In this document: piece after piece, positions 52,257 to 60,160 of the stretch
Layout: each line of letters starts with the position of its first letter
Numbering within the stretch: the first letter of the stretch is position 1
Origin: Candidatus Magasanikbacteria bacterium RIFOXYD1_FULL_40_23
GTDB lineage: Bacteria; Patescibacteriota; Patescibacteriia; Magasanikbacterales; GWA2-37-8
Direction of reading: 5' to 3'
Assembly (NCBI GenBank): GCA_001783215.1
Contig: MFRA01000001.1
Span: forward strand, 1-60,160
Length of the DNA stretch: 60,160 bases
Made by a program: the position numbers and the translations under genes
The notes under the pieces: model-generated
What the model was told of the DNA's origin: nothing
Databases searched by the model: none
Seen by the model: only the letters and a program-made list of their open reading frames with translations

Positions 52257-55023
52257 AAAATTGCCACCTTTAAATTTACTTGTTTGCGAACCTTGCCAAG
52301 TAGGGAATGCTACCGGTTTTAAAAAGTGCAAGCAATGCCGCAAAATGACCATGGGAATTTCCAACCGTGGATTTTGGTTTTATTGGGGTTATCCTTTAAC
52401 TCGTTATAATCTGGCTTTACAAACAGGCCGTCGTATTTTAAATAGAATACGTTTGGTTACGGCCTTTGTGTTATGGCTCAACGCTTGGATATGGGTTGGA
52501 TTTTTGATGTATAAACAAGGAGTTGCCAATATTTTTAGAGACCCGATACATTGGCAAAACTTTTTTATAAGTTTAGACGGCCAAACCAAACTGCTATTCT
52601 GGCTGGGTGCAGTCGCGCTTTTATATTTTTGGTATAGAATCATAAAAAGAAAAGAATTGGCTGGCACAATGGAACCATTTAAATATAATTACAAAAATAA
52701 AGATAAAAACGAAACGGATAATTTAAATATCCAGTTTTGGCCGGAAGCAGTTAAGCTGCCTGGGCGTAAAAAACAAAATATTGCCAAAGTTTTTACCGAA
52801 GAAGCTTTATCAGCATTGGCCAAAGCGTATAAATTGGCCGACAAAAACAAATCCAAAACAGTTGGATCAGAGCATTTATTTTATTCGCTGCTTTCTTTCA
52901 ATAGAATTGCCAATATTTTTATTAGACTAGGCATTCCGGCCACTTCTTTGCAAAAAGATTTAGAACCTTTATTCCAGATTGATCAAAAACAAGCTGCTTA
53001 CAAAGGTGTGGCTCCTACTGTGTCTACCGATCTTTATCAGATTATTTTTCAAGCATACGAAGAGGCGTATAGTGCTCATCAAGACTATGTAAGCGTAACC
53101 GATTTGCTTATTGTAGCGTTGCGAGAGAATCCAGCTATTCAAGAAGCCTTATTTAATTTCGATATCACCGAACGCCAATTGAGCAATGTAGTGGAATGGG
53201 CCAGAATGCGAGAAAAACTATATTATGATTATATAAAGTTTAGAAAAGCGGCCAGTCATCATTCCAAACAGGGTATGGATAAAGCTATGACCGCATTGTC
53301 TACGCCCTATTTAAACAGCTTTAGCACAGATGTTACTATGTTGGCCCATTATGGCCAATTAGAACAGTGTGTGGCTCGCAATGCAGAAATAGACGAGATA
53401 TTTCAAGTAATTGATGGTGGTCAATATAATTTACTTCTTGTAGGCGAACGAGGTGTGGGCAAAAATACTATCGTAGAAGGTATTGCCCAAAGCATGATAG
53501 AAGACCAAGTTCCGGACAAATTAAAAGATAAAAGATTAGTGCGTTTAAGTATTTCGGCGTTGCTTGCCGGCACCAGCCCAGAGGGTGCGGTAGAGCGTTT
53601 GCGTCGTGTGGTTGCAGAAATATCCAGAGCTCGCAATGTAGTTTTATTTATCAATAATTTACACGAATTAATTGGTGTGTCTGTAGGAGAAAAGGGGAGT
53701 CTAGATATTGCCGATACCCTGGCAGAAGTTTTGGGCAGCGCCAAATTTTTTACTATCGCTACCACTACCACCGAAGATTATTCCCAACATTTCTTAGGGT
53801 CGTCTATAAAAGATGTTTTTACACAGGTAGAAATTCGTCAAATGTCCGAAGATCAAGCAATTCAAGTACTGGAATCCAGGGCTGGTGCTTTGGAGTATAA
53901 GAAAAATATATTCTTTTCTTATGGAGCTATAGAAAAATGCGTAGAGTATGCTACCAAATTTTTTCATGAATCATATTTACCTGGCAGCGCTTTGGAAATC
54001 ATGACCGAAGCCGCCGGCTTGACTCATAATAAAAAAGGCAGAAATACAATTGTAACCAAAGAAGAAGTGGCGGCAGTGGTCACAGAAAAAACCAAGATTC
54101 CGCTATCTGCAATATCTAGCAATGAATCAGATAAATTAATTCGTTTGGAAGAAGAGATGCATAAACGAGTAGTTGGCCAAGAAGAAGCGGTAAGTGCGGT
54201 GGCCAATGCTTTGCGCAGAGCTAGAGTAGATATCAGATCCAGCAAAAGACCAATTGCTAACCTGTTATTTTTGGGGCCAACAGGTGTTGGTAAAACCGAA
54301 TTAGCCAAGACAATCGCCGAAATATATTTTGGCGGCGAAAATATGAGTATCCGTTTGGATATGAGTGAATACCAAGACAAGTCTAGTATATATAAATTAA
54401 TTGGCATGCCAGGCACCAAAGGTACAGGTGTGCTTACCGAAGCAGTGCGCAAGAGTCCGTTCTCTTTATTGCTTTTAGACGAAATAGAAAAAGCCGACCC
54501 GGATGTTCTAAATTTATTTTTGCAAGTTATGGATGATGGGCGACTTAGCGACAGCTCTGGCCATACGTTTGATTTTACTAATGTGATTATTATTGCGACT
54601 TCCAATGCAGGTACTGCTTTTGTGCAAGAACAAAACAAGCATGGCATTTCTCACGAAGAGCTGCTTAGCCAACTTTTGCATGTAGAGCTAAAACAATATT
54701 TCCGTCCAGAATTTTTAAATCGTTTTGATGGTATTGTTTTGTTCAACGCTTTAAATCGTGAAGATATCAAGAAAATAGCTGGACTTATGTTTGCGCATAT
54801 TGTCAAAGATATGGATGAAAAAGGTGTAACACTTACTGCCACCGACGAAGCCCTAGAATTTTTGGCTGATGCTGGATTCGATCAAGAATTTGGCGCCAGA
54901 CCAATGCGTCGCGCTTTGCAAGAAAAAGTAGAAAACCAATTGGCCGAGTTGTTGCTTCAAGGTAAATTAAAAAGAGGTAGCAAGGCAACGGTTGGCGCTG
55001 GGGGCCAAATTATGGTTGAATAG
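52246..55023 (+). CDS. Clp/Hsp100 family double-AAA+ ATPase with N-terminal zinc ribbon and two TM segments
   Basis: 925 aa. CEPC..CKQC, two TM segments, Clp_N-like repeats. D1 Walker A is GERGVGKN and Walker B is replaced by FINN (codons 470-471, 53653-53658). D2 has intact GPTGVGKT and LLLLDEIEKA. Confidence 0.9.
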   Translation: MQFKKLPPLNLLVCEPCQVGNATGFKKCKQCRKMTMGISNRGFWFYWGYPLTRYNLALQTGRRILNRIRLVTAFVLWLNAWIWVGFLMYKQGVANIFRDPIHWQNFFISLDGQTKLLFWLGAVALLYFWYRIIKRKELAGTMEPFKYNYKNKDKNETDNLNIQFWPEAVKLPGRKKQNIAKVFTEEALSALAKAYKLADKNKSKTVGSEHLFYSLLSFNRIANIFIRLGIPATSLQKDLEPLFQIDQKQAAYKGVAPTVSTDLYQIIFQAYEEAYSAHQDYVSVTDLLIVALRENPAIQEALFNFDITERQLSNVVEWARMREKLYYDYIKFRKAASHHSKQGMDKAMTALSTPYLNSFSTDVTMLAHYGQLEQCVARNAEIDEIFQVIDGGQYNLLLVGERGVGKNTIVEGIAQSMIEDQVPDKLKDKRLVRLSISALLAGTSPEGAVERLRRVVAEISRARNVVLFINNLHELIGVSVGEKGSLDIADTLAEVLGSAKFFTIATTTTEDYSQHFLGSSIKDVFTQVEIRQMSEDQAIQVLESRAGALEYKKNIFFSYGAIEKCVEYATKFFHESYLPGSALEIMTEAAGLTHNKKGRNTIVTKEEVAAVVTEKTKIPLSAISSNESDKLIRLEEEMHKRVVGQEEAVSAVANALRRARVDIRSSKRPIANLLFLGPTGVGKTELAKTIAEIYFGGENMSIRLDMSEYQDKSSIYKLIGMPGTKGTGVLTEAVRKSPFSLLLLDEIEKADPDVLNLFLQVMDDGRLSDSSGHTFDFTNVIIIATSNAGTAFVQEQNKHGISHEELLSQLLHVELKQYFRPEFLNRFDGIVLFNALNREDIKKIAGLMFAHIVKDMDEKGVTLTATDEALEFLADAGFDQEFGARPMRRALQEKVENQLAELLLQGKLKRGSKATVGAGGQIMVE

Positions 55024-55030
55024 GTAGCCT

Positions 55031-56035
55031 ATGATATATTTTTTAACTGCTTTTTGTTTGTCGGCCATACTTACTTGGCTGGTAAAAAAGATAGCTACAA
55101 AATTAAATGTAGTAGATCGTCCAGATGCCGAGAGGCATTTGCATGAGAAACCAACCCCACTTTTGGGCGGTGTGGCAATTTTTTTGTCTTTTTGGGTAGT
55201 AATTCTGTATCTAGTTTTTCACCCTATATATGGAATAGAAAAAATAATTGACCCGTTAGTAGTTACTTTTATTTCTGGAACAATAATTTTTCTCGTCGGC
55301 ATAGCCGATGATTTACGACCTATGTCGGCAAAGGTTCGTTTATTATTTGTGGCCGTAGCAATACTGATTAGTTCCTTGTATGCACCGTGGCTTACCAAGA
55401 TTACCAATCCATTCGGCGGTTTTATTGAATTAGGATTAGTAGGCGGGGGAGTGCTGGCATTTTTGTGGCTAATGGGCATGACCTATACTGTCAAAGTTCT
55501 AGATGGTTTAGATGGTTTGGCTACTGGCATAGTTTCTATCGGTGCTTTTGTTATCGTTTTGCTTACATCTATTACCAAATTTTATCAACCCAATGTAAGT
55601 TTAGTTTCCCTTATATTTTTGGGAGTTTGTCTTGGATTTTTGCTGTTTAATTTTTATCCTGCCAAAATATTTTTGGGAGAAAGCGGCAGTATGTTTTTAG
55701 GTTTTATGCTCGGCGTGTTGGCCATTATTGGCGGGGGCAAGCTGGCAACAGCGCTTTTGGTTATGGCTATACCGATTTTAGACCTTATTAGAGTTATTTA
55801 TAAAAGAATACGCAGAGGTCAGCCAGTGTTTAGTGGAGATAGAGAGCATTTGCATTTTCGTTTGGTAGATTATGGTTTTAGTCAGAAGCGTGCAGTTTTA
55901 TTGCTTTACAGTTTGGCATTTTTATTTGGTATTACTACGTTATTTTTACAAAGCATGCAAAAAGTATACGCTCTTTTTGGGTTGGTAATTCTTATGACAA
56001 TTTTAAGTCATTTAATAGGTAAAAAACAAATTTAG
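55031..56035 (+). CDS. polyprenyl-phosphate N-acetylhexosamine-1-phosphate transferase, WecA/MraY family (GT4)
   Basis: 334 aa, about 10 TM. DRPDAERHLHEKPTPLLGG is closer to the WecA/TagO pattern than to MraY. Confidence 0.85.
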   Translation: MIYFLTAFCLSAILTWLVKKIATKLNVVDRPDAERHLHEKPTPLLGGVAIFLSFWVVILYLVFHPIYGIEKIIDPLVVTFISGTIIFLVGIADDLRPMSAKVRLLFVAVAILISSLYAPWLTKITNPFGGFIELGLVGGGVLAFLWLMGMTYTVKVLDGLDGLATGIVSIGAFVIVLLTSITKFYQPNVSLVSLIFLGVCLGFLLFNFYPAKIFLGESGSMFLGFMLGVLAIIGGGKLATALLVMAIPILDLIRVIYKRIRRGQPVFSGDREHLHFRLVDYGFSQKRAVLLLYSLAFLFGITTLFLQSMQKVYALFGLVILMTILSHLIGKKQI

Positions 56036-56036
56036 T

Positions 56037-56507
56037 ATGCCAGAATCCAAACCTTTAAAAACGTGGCATTTAATTTTTCTAGCAGGTTTAGTAATTATTG
56101 CTATTGGTAGCAAAATCTATAGTTCTTTGTGGACAAAAGCCATTGTAAAAGTAGGTGGTGTGGAAATTAAGGTTTTGGTAGCAGATACTAAGGATCATCG
56201 TTTCCAAGGGTGGAGCGGTAAAAAAGATATGGGCAAATATGGCGGTATGTTGTTTGTTTTTCCAGAAAGCGGTGATTATCAAATGGTAATGCGAGATATG
56301 TATTTTCCTCTGGATATAATCTGGATATATGGAGATGAAATAGTGGACTTCGCTCAAAATTTACCCCCAGAAGCAGGGGTGTCAGAGGCTATGTTGACTA
56401 AATATCCGGCACGAAGGCATTCTACGCTTGTTTTAGAGGTTCCGGCTGGGTTTATGGAACAAACTGGGTTAAAGATAGGGGATAAGGTGGAGGTTATAAA
56501 AAAATAA
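56037..56507 (+). CDS. DUF192 domain protein
   Basis: 156 aa. N-terminal TM. GLMF-like ...GMLFVFPE...MRDMYFPLDIIWI pattern. Confidence 0.75.
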   Translation: MPESKPLKTWHLIFLAGLVIIAIGSKIYSSLWTKAIVKVGGVEIKVLVADTKDHRFQGWSGKKDMGKYGGMLFVFPESGDYQMVMRDMYFPLDIIWIYGDEIVDFAQNLPPEAGVSEAMLTKYPARRHSTLVLEVPAGFMEQTGLKIGDKVEVIKK

Positions 56508-56509
56508 GT

Positions 56510-56971
56510 ATGCAATTAACCAGTCCGGTTTTTAATACAAATGAAAAAATTCCTGCAAAATATACTTGTGATGGAGAAAATATATCTCCACCACTAGAGA
56601 TTTCTGGTGTGCCAGAGGGTGCTAAATCTTTGGTTTTAATAATGGATGATCCGGATATTCCGGAAGCGGCCAAAAAAAGTTTTAACATTGAAGTTTGGGA
56701 TCATTGGGTGGTGTTTAATATACCTGTTGAGGTTAAAATTATTGAAGAGGGAATGAATCCGCCTGGGGTACTGGGTAAAAACACTAGAGATAATATGGCT
56801 TACGGCAGCCCTTGTCCACCAGACAAGGAACATCGTTATTTTTTCAAATTATATGCTTTAGACATTGTTTTAGAGCTTCCAGCCGGCTCAAGTAAGGCAG
56901 GGGTAGAGAAAGCTATGCTTGGACATGCGTTAGAGAAAGTCGAATTAGTAGGTAGGTATGAAAGGGGTTGA
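56510..56971 (+). CDS. YbhB/YbcL family PEBP (Raf kinase inhibitor-like) protein
   Basis: 153 aa. DPDIPE, HRYFFKLYALD. Confidence 0.88.
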   Translation: MQLTSPVFNTNEKIPAKYTCDGENISPPLEISGVPEGAKSLVLIMDDPDIPEAAKKSFNIEVWDHWVVFNIPVEVKIIEEGMNPPGVLGKNTRDNMAYGSPCPPDKEHRYFFKLYALDIVLELPAGSSKAGVEKAMLGHALEKVELVGRYERG

Positions 56972-56996
56972 CATATTCCAGCTTTTCATATATACT
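56968..56996 (+). promoter_or_regulatory. sigma70-like promoter of rplU
   Basis: TTGACA 56968-56973 (overlaps the PEBP stop), 17 nt, TATACT 56991-56996. Confidence 0.6.
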
Positions 56997-57030
56997 AATC
57001 GCACTATTCTAATCATTCTTAAATTCATAT

Positions 57031-57336
57031 ATGTACGCAGTAATTGCTACCGGCGGGAAACAATATCTGGTAAAAACCGGAGATGTACTAAAAATAGAAA
57101 AATTGCCAGTTGACGAAGGTTCAAAAGTAGTTTTTGATAAGGTTTTACTTACTGCCAAAGAAGATGGAACCGATGTAAAAGTTGGTATGCCATACTTGGA
57201 TGGAGTAACTGTAGAAGCTACCCTAGAAAAACAAGGCAAAGAACGCACATTGCGCGTAGAGAAATTCAAACGCAAAGTTCGTTACCACAAAGTACACGGT
57301 CAAAGACAGAGATATAGCTTGGTAAAGATTTCTTAA
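57031..57336 (+). CDS. rplU: 50S ribosomal protein L21
   Basis: 101 aa. MYAVIATGGKQY. Confidence 0.93.
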   Translation: MYAVIATGGKQYLVKTGDVLKIEKLPVDEGSKVVFDKVLLTAKEDGTDVKVGMPYLDGVTVEATLEKQGKERTLRVEKFKRKVRYHKVHGQRQRYSLVKIS

Positions 57337-57356
57337 AATTCAAAGATAAATTAAAG

Positions 57357-57380
57357 ACCGCCTAATTTGGGTGGTTTTTA
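57357..57380 (+). terminator. terminator after rplU
   Basis: accgcc-taatttg-ggtggt followed by tttt. Confidence 0.55.
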
Positions 57381-57446
57381 GTTTATTGTTGGTCATTGAC
57401 AAACAGGCTTTTTTTGTGTAACGTTATAAAACGTTCTTTTATAATA

Positions 57447-57496
57447 TTTTCAGCCTTATTTTTGCCTTTAATTAATGGCAAAAATAAGGCTGAAAG
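57447..57496. other. 20-bp-stem hairpin/palindrome (16 consecutive Watson-Crick pairs, then A-U/G-U extension) in a cassette leader
   Basis: ttttcagccttatttttgcc - tttaattaat - ggcaaaaataaggctgaaag. Confidence 0.85.
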
Positions 57497-57533
57497 TTAT
57501 CCAGTCGAATCAACCACAAAAAAGGCGGATCTT

Positions 57534-57872
57534 GTGAAAAACCCACTCATTCTGATGGCGACTCTATCTTTTTGTGTTTTCACAGTCTTGGTTGTTTGCT
57601 TGCCGCTCAATCAAGAAAAGACGGTAAGTAATGGTAAGATCGTAGAGAAGTATCATAAAGATGAGAACACGAGACTAGTGCATACGATGGTAGGCCTACA
57701 CACTGTCTTGAGAAGTGTTGATGTGCCAGAGCGGTGGGTTTTTGTCCTGAAGCAGCGTGTCAGTAAGTCATCCAGAGAGTGGAGGAAGGGAGAAGTTGAT
57801 GTCAGCAAAGAGATTTTCGATTCTCTTGAGGTTGGCGATCAGTATCTTCCCGCGGAAGTTCCAAGCAAGTAG
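57534..57872 (+). CDS. hypothetical small membrane-anchored protein (moderately GC-rich cassette)
   Basis: 112 aa from GTG 57534 (alternative ATG 57555). TM LILMATLSFCVFTVLVVCL. The track start 57396 is the TTG of a TTGACA box. Confidence 0.5.
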   Translation: MKNPLILMATLSFCVFTVLVVCLPLNQEKTVSNGKIVEKYHKDENTRLVHTMVGLHTVLRSVDVPERWVFVLKQRVSKSSREWRKGEVDVSKEIFDSLEVGDQYLPAEVPSK

Positions 57873-57890
57873 TGGTTCGCATAAGAATAA

Positions 57891-57913
57891 GGCCGTTGCT
57901 ACAAGCAACGGCC
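57891..57913. terminator. hairpin between convergent genes
   Basis: ggccgttgc-tacaa-gcaacggcc, 9 bp perfect. The T-rich tract is on the minus-strand side. Confidence 0.55.
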
Positions 57914-57959
57914 AAAATATAAAGTTTTTAAAACATTGAAAATTTTTTATTTTCAGTAT

Positions 57960-58556
57960 CTATTTAGAAGTTCTGTTTTTTATCGCGCTTCCCAGAGTAA
58001 TTTCATCTGCATACTGCAAATCACTACCCATTGGTAGCCCTCGAGCTAGACGGGTGGCTTTTATACTTGGATTTTTTTCTTTAATTTTTTTCTCCAAAAA
58101 TAGCATAGTTGTTTCACCAGGCAAATCTGGGTTAAGTGCCAAAATTACTTCGGTTATTTTATTGTTTTCTAGTCTAGCAAAAAGTTCTTTTATCTTTAAT
58201 CTATCCAGATCTTCTTCTCCTGGTTCTACGAGTCCGCGCAGCACGTGGTACAGGCCATTAAATGCGTTGGTTTTTTCTATTACCGGTATATCTTGTGGGT
58301 CGCTTACCACGCAGAGCGTAGAAGCATCTCGAGTTTTGTTATTACAAATAGCGCATGGGTTATTGTCGCTAAAATCCCAGCAAGTTTCGCAGCTTTTTAC
58401 ATTATCTATTAACTCTTTTAGAGCCAGAGTAATTTCTCCCACCTGTTTCTTGCCGGATTTAAGAAGATGAAAAACAAAACGTTCGGCTGTTCTATGTCCG
58501 ACGCTTGGAAGTTTGCGGAAAGCTTCAATTAGATTTTGGATGGATTTGGAATACAT
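57960..58556 (-). CDS. recR: recombination protein RecR
   Basis: 198 aa. C4 zinc finger CETC...CAIC, Toprim domain. Confidence 0.93.
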   Translation of the reverse strand: MYSKSIQNLIEAFRKLPSVGHRTAERFVFHLLKSGKKQVGEITLALKELIDNVKSCETCWDFSDNNPCAICNNKTRDASTLCVVSDPQDIPVIEKTNAFNGLYHVLRGLVEPGEEDLDRLKIKELFARLENNKITEVILALNPDLPGETTMLFLEKKIKEKNPSIKATRLARGLPMGSDLQYADEITLGSAIKNRTSK

Positions 58557-58562
58557 GCTTTT

Positions 58563-58632
58563 GTCATTCTGAGTGAAGCGAAGAATCCCTCCTGCATACA
58601 GTAAAGGGATCCTTCACTGCGTTCAGGATGAC
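58563..58632. repeat. palindromic intergenic repeat family 1, copy 2
   Basis: GTCATTCTGAGTGAAGCGAAGAATCCC...GGGATCCTTCACTGCGTTCAGGATGAC. Confidence 0.8.
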
Positions 58633-58646
58633 AAGTCGGCTTAAAT

Positions 58647-58949
58647 TTACTTTTTACCAAACAGACTTTCCATGCCGCCCATTTCTTGCATTTTACTAGC
58701 CATTATTCTTTGCATTTTTTTAATAGCATCATCGTGAGCGTCTTTAATTGCGTTTTGTAGTTTTTCTTTTCTATTTGGACTAAGCAAATCTTCGTCTATA
58801 GCTACTCCAGTAAGTTTGAAGTTGCCATCCATAGTTAGAGTAACGCCGCCGCTATTTACAGTAGCGGATTCTCCAGCCAAAGAATCTTGTAATTTTTTAC
58901 CTTGATCTCTTAAATCCTTGAACTGTTTAAGTTTAGAAAATACGGACAT
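58647..58949 (-). CDS. ybaB: YbaB/EbfC nucleoid-associated protein
   Basis: 100 aa from ATG 58949 (MSVFSKLKQ...). Position upstream of recR. Confidence 0.85.
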   Translation of the reverse strand: MSVFSKLKQFKDLRDQGKKLQDSLAGESATVNSGGVTLTMDGNFKLTGVAIDEDLLSPNRKEKLQNAIKDAHDDAIKKMQRIMASKMQEMGGMESLFGKK

Positions 58950-58987
58950 ATTTTTTGAATTAATTATTAAACATAATTCATAATACA

Positions 58988-59029
58988 CGCATCATGATAC
59001 AGCGGTGAATCATGATGCGTGCATCATGT
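58988..59029. repeat. GCATCATG-type palindrome (repeat family 3)
   Basis: cgcatcatgat-N10-atcatgatgcg (11 bp perfect), plus a third gcatcatg at 59021-59028. Confidence 0.65.
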
Positions 59030-59041
59030 ATTGTGGTCGCG

Positions 59042-60160
59042 CTACATTGGTGGTTCCGATAGTGAATTTTTGTTAAAGGCGGATTTTGGTTTTAGTGGCG
59101 GAGGAATTGCGGGTGTATTTTCGGTGTATTTATTTGTTAAAGTGCGGAACGATGCGCGCTGTTCGTCAAAAATCATTCGCACCATGCCAGTAGGACCGTT
59201 ACGGTGTTTGGCAATATGTATTTCGGCAATATTTCTTTCGTCCGGCGGTATATCTTCTTTTTTATAATTACGATCAGCCGCTTTTCGGTAAATAAATAAT
59301 ACCACATCGGCATCCTGCTCAATAGATCCGGATTCACGCAGGTGAGAAAGTTTAGGAATAGCAGGTGTAGTTGCTTCCACGGTACGCGACAACTGTGAGA
59401 GGGCTAGTACCGGTACGTTTAGTTCACGAGCAATACCTTTTAAACCGCGGGTAATTTCTGATACTTCTTGTACGCGATTGTCTGAATTCCCTCGTGATTC
59501 CATGAGCTGCAAGTAGTCGATAACTATTAGTCCCAGCCCATGTTCCATTTGCAAGCGACGTGCCTTGGTACGGATCTGCATTATGTTGTTGTTGGATGCA
59601 TCGTCGATAAATATTGGCGCTTCGGAAAGTACGCCCATAGCATGACCAATACGAGGAAAATCTTCTTCACTTAAGTTGCCAGTACGCATTTTCCACAAAT
59701 CTACATTTGCTTCGGAACATAACATGCGGTCTACCAATTGCTCTTTACTCATTTCCAAAGAGAACAATCCAACGGGCACTTTTCCTCTAACCCCAATATG
59801 TTTTACTATATCGAGCGCAAAAGAAGATTTACCCACACTAGGACGGGCGCCCAAGATTACCAAATCGGATTTTTGTAATCCAGCTAACAAACTATCTAGA
59901 TCAGGGTAACCGGTAGAAACTCCGCGCATCTGGCCTTTGTTGTTATGCATTTCGTCTATTCTGTCAAAGGCTTCATTCAAGATTCCTCGAATAGGACTAA
60001 AGGTTTGTCGCATGTAGTTTTGCGAAACCCCAAATAATTCTCTTTGAGCTTGGTCGAGCAGTGCGTCTAGCTCTTCGTTTTCTTCGTATCCTAATTTGGA
60101 AATTTGATGAGCGGCGCCAAGCAATCTGCGGCGGGTAGCTTTTTTGTGGACAATATTGGC
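59042..60160 (-). CDS. dnaB: replicative DNA helicase DnaB (5' end lies beyond the window)
   Basis: Walker A GARPSVGKSSFAL, DYLQLM, RecA-like C-domain. The frame stays open upstream of the track start through position 60160. Confidence 0.93.
   Translation of the reverse strand, partial: ANIVHKKATRRRLLGAAHQISKLGYEENEELDALLDQAQRELFGVSQNYMRQTFSPIRGILNEAFDRIDEMHNNKGQMRGVSTGYPDLDSLLAGLQKSDLVILGARPSVGKSSFALDIVKHIGVRGKVPVGLFSLEMSKEQLVDRMLCSEANVDLWKMRTGNLSEEDFPRIGHAMGVLSEAPIFIDDASNNNIMQIRTKARRLQMEHGLGLIVIDYLQLMESRGNSDNRVQEVSEITRGLKGIARELNVPVLALSQLSRTVEATTPAIPKLSHLRESGSIEQDADVVLFIYRKAADRNYKKEDIPPDERNIAEIHIAKHRNGPTGMVRMIFDEQRASFRTLTNKYTENTPAIPPPLKPKSAFNKNSLSEPPM

Overview
This is a 60.2-kb, gene-dense, low-GC bacterial segment. 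A hand count on one native line gives about 35% GC. The backbone is core housekeeping. It carries typA, tRNA-Glu, dus, a PLD/cardiolipin-synthase-like gene, gdh and yidC. It also has an hrcA-grpE-dnaK-dnaJ heat-shock operon with a CIRCE operator, an ECF sigma/anti-sigma/secreted-protein module, rnhA, murA, a C-terminal processing protease, era, rplI and pyrG. A cell-envelope glycan cluster follows (WbaP-like priming transferase, S8 protease, UXS-like epimerase, GT2+DUF2304, GT1, methyltransferase). The rest is recJ, lepA, murJ, a beta-CASP RNase, mraZ-rsmH-ftsL, a membrane-anchored Clp/Hsp100 ATPase, a WecA/MraY-family transferase, rplU, recR, ybaB and a partial dnaB. Compact genes, near-absence of Shine-Dalgarno motifs on native genes, a short HrcA and families of palindromic intergenic repeats suggest a reduced-genome lineage such as Patescibacteria/CPR. 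That placement is inference only. I saw no rRNA, CRISPR array, integrase or prophage. Six things stand out. (1) At least nine compositionally foreign (roughly 50-60% GC), mostly domain-less single-gene cassettes each sit in their own intergenic slot, usually with a near-consensus promoter, a canonical SD that native genes lack, and usually their own terminator. (2) The tRNA-Glu locus has triplicated tRNA 3'-end sequence, a ~165-nt structured RNA candidate and a GNAT-GNAT-ASCH / ASCH / Hanks-kinase island. (3) A HEPN-motif protein plus a small membrane protein are embedded in the dnaK operon. (4) A ~170-nt leader with three mutually exclusive long-range helices precedes a tiny GC-rich ORF. (5) A Zn-ribbon, membrane-anchored Clp ATPase with a degenerate first AAA+ module sits where dcw genes normally continue. 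(6) There are three families of palindromic intergenic repeats. All functional statements rest on motif recognition by eye; no searches were run.
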